64,000 bases of DNA from Ignavibacteriota bacterium (GTDB lineage: Bacteria; Bacteroidota; Ignavibacteria; Palsa-1295): positions 1,600,001-1,664,000 of the forward strand of contig CAWBEI010000002.1 in NCBI GenBank assembly GCA_963787835.1. Direction: 5' to 3'. This document shows, piece after piece, positions 59,969 through 64,000 of the stretch. The translations under genes and the position numbers were made by a program. The notes under the pieces were generated by a model, which was not told where the DNA came from, made no database searches, and saw nothing but the letters and a program-made list of their open reading frames with translations. Positions within the stretch are counted from its first letter, which is position 1. Each line of letters begins with the position of its first letter.

Positions 59969-60748
59969 CTATAGATGTGGCTTGCCTTCGAGTGGGTTGC
60001 TCCACAGATTTTGAGAGGGAGCGGTCTCGAACGCGGCTTCGGCTTCTACTTCGCGCCAGATAAGCTGGCATGGGAATCTATTCTCGTTCAGTGCCCGGCA
60101 CAGGACAATGGAATCGATCGCAGGATCGAGCGATTGGATCCGTTTAAGTTCCGGATAGCCACGGACGCCATGTAGTGCCGTGATGCGAATGTTGGCCGAT
60201 CGTGCAAGCCCGGCAACATGCTGAAGCCGATCCCAGTCGATCGTACCGGATTCGAGCGTGTCGCTCGGGGAAATATCGATGGCCACACGATCGATGCCAC
60301 TGGCGCGGTAGAGTGGAAGATGCGATTCGAAATCGAAGAGGAGGTCGACGGTGGGAATGATCTTTCGAGACGTGAACTGGTTGCAATACACGAGGAAGAC
60401 ACTGGCCGGGGTATCCTCTGGTAGAAAAACGCGCTGCACTCCGGCATCAAAGATCTGTTCAAACTCAGAGCTTCTCGGCGGTAACTCCGAGAGCGAAACC
60501 CCGAACGGAATATCGACGGCATCGCGCATTCTGCTGATTAGGTCGAGGCTGCTTTCATCCCACGGATCGCGGTCCAGAAATTGAAGATGAAGCATTTTCG
60601 CATTCTCTTTGCGAAACAGCCGCGCGCGATCTACCGGATCCTGCGTATAGATCTCTCGATCGGCGCGATGAAGCTCGTGCGCGAGCGGAGCGATCTGCGC
60701 GCCGCACACGCCATGCACGATGGGAATGGAGGGAATAATTAGCACCAT
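59969..60748 (-). CDS. HisA-like TIM barrel, catalytically degenerate
   Basis: IIPSI, DPVDRARLFRKENAKMLH, RALNENRFPCQLIWR. Confidence 0.75.
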   Translation of the reverse strand: MVLIIPSIPIVHGVCGAQIAPLAHELHRADREIYTQDPVDRARLFRKENAKMLHLQFLDRDPWDESSLDLISRMRDAVDIPFGVSLSELPPRSSEFEQIFDAGVQRVFLPEDTPASVFLVYCNQFTSRKIIPTVDLLFDFESHLPLYRASGIDRVAIDISPSDTLESGTIDWDRLQHVAGLARSANIRITALHGVRGYPELKRIQSLDPAIDSIVLCRALNENRFPCQLIWREVEAEAAFETAPSQNLWSNPLEGKPHL

Positions 60749-60832
60749 GACAGCAAAGGCTCCTTAAAAGGCTCGCCGTAACGCTGGTGAAGTATTGAAA
60801 GAATCCCTCTGCGAAATTTCTCGCATGGGAGC

Positions 60833-60858
60833 CACGCGGGACGCATGCGTCCCGCGTG
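60833..60858. repeat. Perfect 26-bp palindrome (terminator- or REP-like)
   Basis: CACGCGGGACGCA|TGCGTCCCGCGTG just downstream of the 60869 stop. Confidence 0.7.
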
Positions 60859-60868
60859 AAATCGCACA

Positions 60869-62779
60869 CTATCGAAGGATCGTCATGGCTTCGCGAACCA
60901 CTCCGAGATCCGATTCAAGATTGAGGTAATACACCCCATCGGGCAGATGGGAACCATCAAAGGTGAAATCGTGCTCGCCGGCTCCAGCCGTGCCATCATA
61001 CAGGCTTGCAACGCGCTGACCGGTGATGTTCGTAACAAACAACGCCGCATGTGCCGATGAGGCGAGCGTAAAGGAAACCTTCGTGGTTGTGCTGAAGGGG
61101 TTGGGATAATTGTCCGTAAGTGACACCCCTTCGCTCACACTCGAAATGCGCTGAACAGATGCAAGCGGGCTCCCAGAAAGGATCGCAGAATACACACGAA
61201 TTTTACCTGTGTTATCGCGTCCGTCCGACCAAACAGGAATAACATTATAGGGTGTGGTAAGGACTTGTGTGTATTCACCGATTCCGAAGTTCCCGTTCTG
61301 TAGGAACACATCGTTAAAGTCCATGGGTTGGCTGGCTACCGGCTCGTTTGTCCAGGTCTGCCCTTGGTCGGACGATTGCCCAATATAATAGCGGCCGATC
61401 TCATTATTGATATCTTCGCGACGGTCATACCAGGTTAGCGAAATGATGCCTTTCCCATTCACAGCGATGCTCGGGTAAAAATGGTCGGTATAGCCGAATA
61501 AGGTATCGAGATCGTTATTAATGATCATCGGCTGGCTCCAGTTTGCGCCATTATCCACCGATCGGCTGAAGTAAATTTCCGTTCCCATTTGGCTGTCCAC
61601 TTCAACTCCCAGCGCATTCCACACCTCGTAGAGATATCCGGTGCCTGCGGTATCGATCGAGAGGTGCGGGTCGGGATAATTCCCTGGCGCGCGAACACCG
61701 AATATCACATCGCCATTGGCGATCGCGTCTGCAGACTTTCCGGGAATGTCTGCATCGGCGATCTTTACCTCTGGGCCAAAATGTGCTCCGCCGTCGGAGG
61801 AATAAACGGTATAAATTCCGTAATCGGAGTCATTATACGACCCCATGAACGTCACATGCAATCCTCCTTTTTTATCGACCCCCAAATCGGAGAATTGCAC
61901 CACCATAAATTTATCGGAAGACGCTTTTACGGGCGGCAGCATGGAGTCTACACCGGCCGGCTTACGCGAGACGAGGATGTTGCTGGATGTCGTTCCAAGA
62001 TACGTCCACGCGGCATAGAGCGAATTACGATATTGGGAGTTCGATCTGTCACAGGCCATCCATTGCTTGTCGTTAAATCCGGTAGTCGAGTCGAGATGTT
62101 CCGCCGTTACTGTGAACGTAACGGTATCGATGAAATAGGCGATGGTCTCGATGCCTTTGCCTATGTAGCCGGTAGTAGGACGGGTCCAGGTTTGTCCGCC
62201 GTTGGTGGAGGAAGCCCAGTACGTTCCGCTATAATCGGATTCGATCGTCCAGCCTGCGGAGTCCGTGGGTTGACCGACGTTATAGGTGTCGATCCAGGAA
62301 ACATAAACCGTTCCATTCGCGTCATAAGCAAAGACGGGATCGCCGCCCCCATCTACCGCGGCACCTGATTCGTAGGGCAGAGGCTGATATGTACTCTTTT
62401 TCCAGACACTGCCGAAGTTCGTGGTGTAGTAGATCGGCAACGTCATTCCATCGTAAAGATGAATGGGGCAGACTACGATGTTCGTTGTGTCTGTGGGGTT
62501 GATCGCAGCATGAACTTCGGATTCCGGTTCGCTTGTACCGGCGGTGCTGATCGGTTTATCTCCAACCGAGAGCGGAAGTTCAAAATCCTGGCTCTCCGAT
62601 CCAATGCTTTTCATGGCGGGAGAGCCCACCTCTACATGGCGCTTTTCGGCGTAGGCGTCCATGATCTGTTTGAGATGGAAGGCGCGGAGTTCCTCTGCGC
62701 TTTTCGAGGTGGTTTGGCTTCGCAACGTGCCGAAGCTGATAAGAAGTAAGCACGAAAGCAGTGTAATGTATTTCAACAT
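60869..62779 (-). CDS. Sialidase-fold (BNR) protein with T9SS CTD
   Basis: S.DGG..W Asp boxes, DKQWM, WYDRR, IGEY, NYPNPF...GVYYL. Confidence 0.85.
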   Translation of the reverse strand: MLKYITLLSCLLLISFGTLRSQTTSKSAEELRAFHLKQIMDAYAEKRHVEVGSPAMKSIGSESQDFELPLSVGDKPISTAGTSEPESEVHAAINPTDTTNIVVCPIHLYDGMTLPIYYTTNFGSVWKKSTYQPLPYESGAAVDGGGDPVFAYDANGTVYVSWIDTYNVGQPTDSAGWTIESDYSGTYWASSTNGGQTWTRPTTGYIGKGIETIAYFIDTVTFTVTAEHLDSTTGFNDKQWMACDRSNSQYRNSLYAAWTYLGTTSSNILVSRKPAGVDSMLPPVKASSDKFMVVQFSDLGVDKKGGLHVTFMGSYNDSDYGIYTVYSSDGGAHFGPEVKIADADIPGKSADAIANGDVIFGVRAPGNYPDPHLSIDTAGTGYLYEVWNALGVEVDSQMGTEIYFSRSVDNGANWSQPMIINNDLDTLFGYTDHFYPSIAVNGKGIISLTWYDRREDINNEIGRYYIGQSSDQGQTWTNEPVASQPMDFNDVFLQNGNFGIGEYTQVLTTPYNVIPVWSDGRDNTGKIRVYSAILSGSPLASVQRISSVSEGVSLTDNYPNPFSTTTKVSFTLASSAHAALFVTNITGQRVASLYDGTAGAGEHDFTFDGSHLPDGVYYLNLESDLGVVREAMTILR

Positions 62780-62828
62780 AGCGAGTCCGATCTAAGCACT
62801 AATACAAGCGTTGGGGTCATCCGGATCA

Positions 62829-64000
62829 TCATGGTTTTGTCATCCGGTGTTTCATAAGAAGAATCTCATCTATCATACCCGAAGAATCGTAATAAAGTTC
62901 ATCCTTTTTGGCAAGGATGGCAATGTCCTCGATGAAAGGTTTATCATCGGCGATGTAGGTGAAATGCTCATCCCGTAAATAACCGGCAAGCCGGCCTTGC
63001 TGATGTGCCAGAAGCGCATCCGTATTCACCTTTCCATCGAGATTGATGATGTTCGGAGCAATGAAGCTCGCAATGCCAGATTGCAGCATGGCGATCTTTT
63101 CCCCGGGGTGCTGTTTGGCCCAAATACCCATCTCATAGAAACCCGCAGGCTTCTCGTCGGAAAAATAATAAAGAACGGTGTATCCCCGGATGGTGAAGAC
63201 AAGGCCAAGTATCGCAATACCAATGAGAACCGGGCGAACGATTCTTCTCTCCCATAGCACCGATGCCAAAGCAGCAAGTATTAGGGACCAAAGGATTCGC
63301 GCCGGCTGAAGATACCGTGCAATAAAATGCGGCGCCTTAAAAAGGACGGTATAGTACAGAATGAGCGCAATCGAAAAGAGGAGAAACGGGAGCAAGCCGT
63401 TCAATCGGAACGATGAGCGTATGGTGCTGACGATCGTTGTTCGATACCAGATGAATGCGATCGCGAAAATGAGTAGTATCGTCCACAGCACGAGCGCGGT
63501 AAGACCGATACTTCCCGGCAGATAAAAGATCAACATCAGAATATCTGAAATTGCTTTTATAGCCTGGTGAATGTTCCCCCATGGAGGGAGTGGCCAGCTA
63601 TTTTCGGCCTGCCCGCTGGTTGGCATCAGGCTGCCAAAATAGATCACATTAAAGATCCACCATGGGGCACTTACTAACATTGCAACACACCCTGTGATCA
63701 TAGCAGGCCTCCAGCGCTTTTGCCAAAGAAGCGTCAGAACGATAATTGCGACCAGGATGGCCGCATCGATCCGGGCGAGCACCGCAAGGCCAAGCACAAT
63801 GCCAAATACGACCCATCGTGTAGTGGGAATTATGTGCTTGCTTGCTTCATCCCTACCGATCTTCACGTACATCGTAATTGCTGCTATAAGAATGAGCGAG
63901 TACAATCCCGTCTCAAGCCCATTCGTCATTTGCCCGATGATCTCAAAAGTGAAGGTCCAGATCGCGGCTGCGATGATCGGGGCAGTGATGCCATTCTTTT
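62829..64000 (-). CDS. Polytopic membrane protein, GT-C-like (5' end beyond window)
   Basis: NGLETG, LARID, PWW...FGSLMPTSG, NLDGKVN; frame open to the window edge. Confidence 0.7.
   Translation of the reverse strand, partial: KNGITAPIIAAAIWTFTFEIIGQMTNGLETGLYSLILIAAITMYVKIGRDEASKHIIPTTRWVVFGIVLGLAVLARIDAAILVAIIVLTLLWQKRWRPAMITGCVAMLVSAPWWIFNVIYFGSLMPTSGQAENSWPLPPWGNIHQAIKAISDILMLIFYLPGSIGLTALVLWTILLIFAIAFIWYRTTIVSTIRSSFRLNGLLPFLLFSIALILYYTVLFKAPHFIARYLQPARILWSLILAALASVLWERRIVRPVLIGIAILGLVFTIRGYTVLYYFSDEKPAGFYEMGIWAKQHPGEKIAMLQSGIASFIAPNIINLDGKVNTDALLAHQQGRLAGYLRDEHFTYIADDKPFIEDIAILAKKDELYYDSSGMIDEILLMKHRMTKP

Overview
Bacterial chromosomal window of about 52% GC (estimated by eye). It is probably from the Bacteroidota/Chlorobi superphylum, Kapabacteria- or Ignavibacteria-like; this is inferred from many T9SS C-terminal sorting domains, a PorU-like C25 protein, a GWxTD protein and a Chlorobi-type HisA C-terminus. 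It holds about 45 CDS: a signal-peptide-bearing TldD/TldE-like pair, a hexuronate (kduD, IolB-like, eda, GH105) operon interrupted by a TA module, three type II TA modules in total, a CzcCBA-type RND system followed by beta-barrel and DUF2279 genes, T9SS components and cargo, rimO, mpg, ppiD-like, coaE, a glycine-repeat surface protein and GT-C membrane proteins. Three genes carry single +1 frameshifts, probably read errors. No rRNA, tRNA, CRISPR or transposase was seen. The strongest unexplained signal is a 16-bp palindrome, GCATC-N6-GATGC (mostly GCATCG-CCSA-CGATGC). A manual scan found 15 core copies plus degenerate ones, all between 30.4 and 47.5 kb and none elsewhere, both intergenic and inside genes in different reading frames. 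It is a candidate locus-restricted protein-binding (parS/ram-like) site array or a micro-REP element. A second candidate is a switch-like leader with an orphan antisense terminator at 53.4-53.6 kb.
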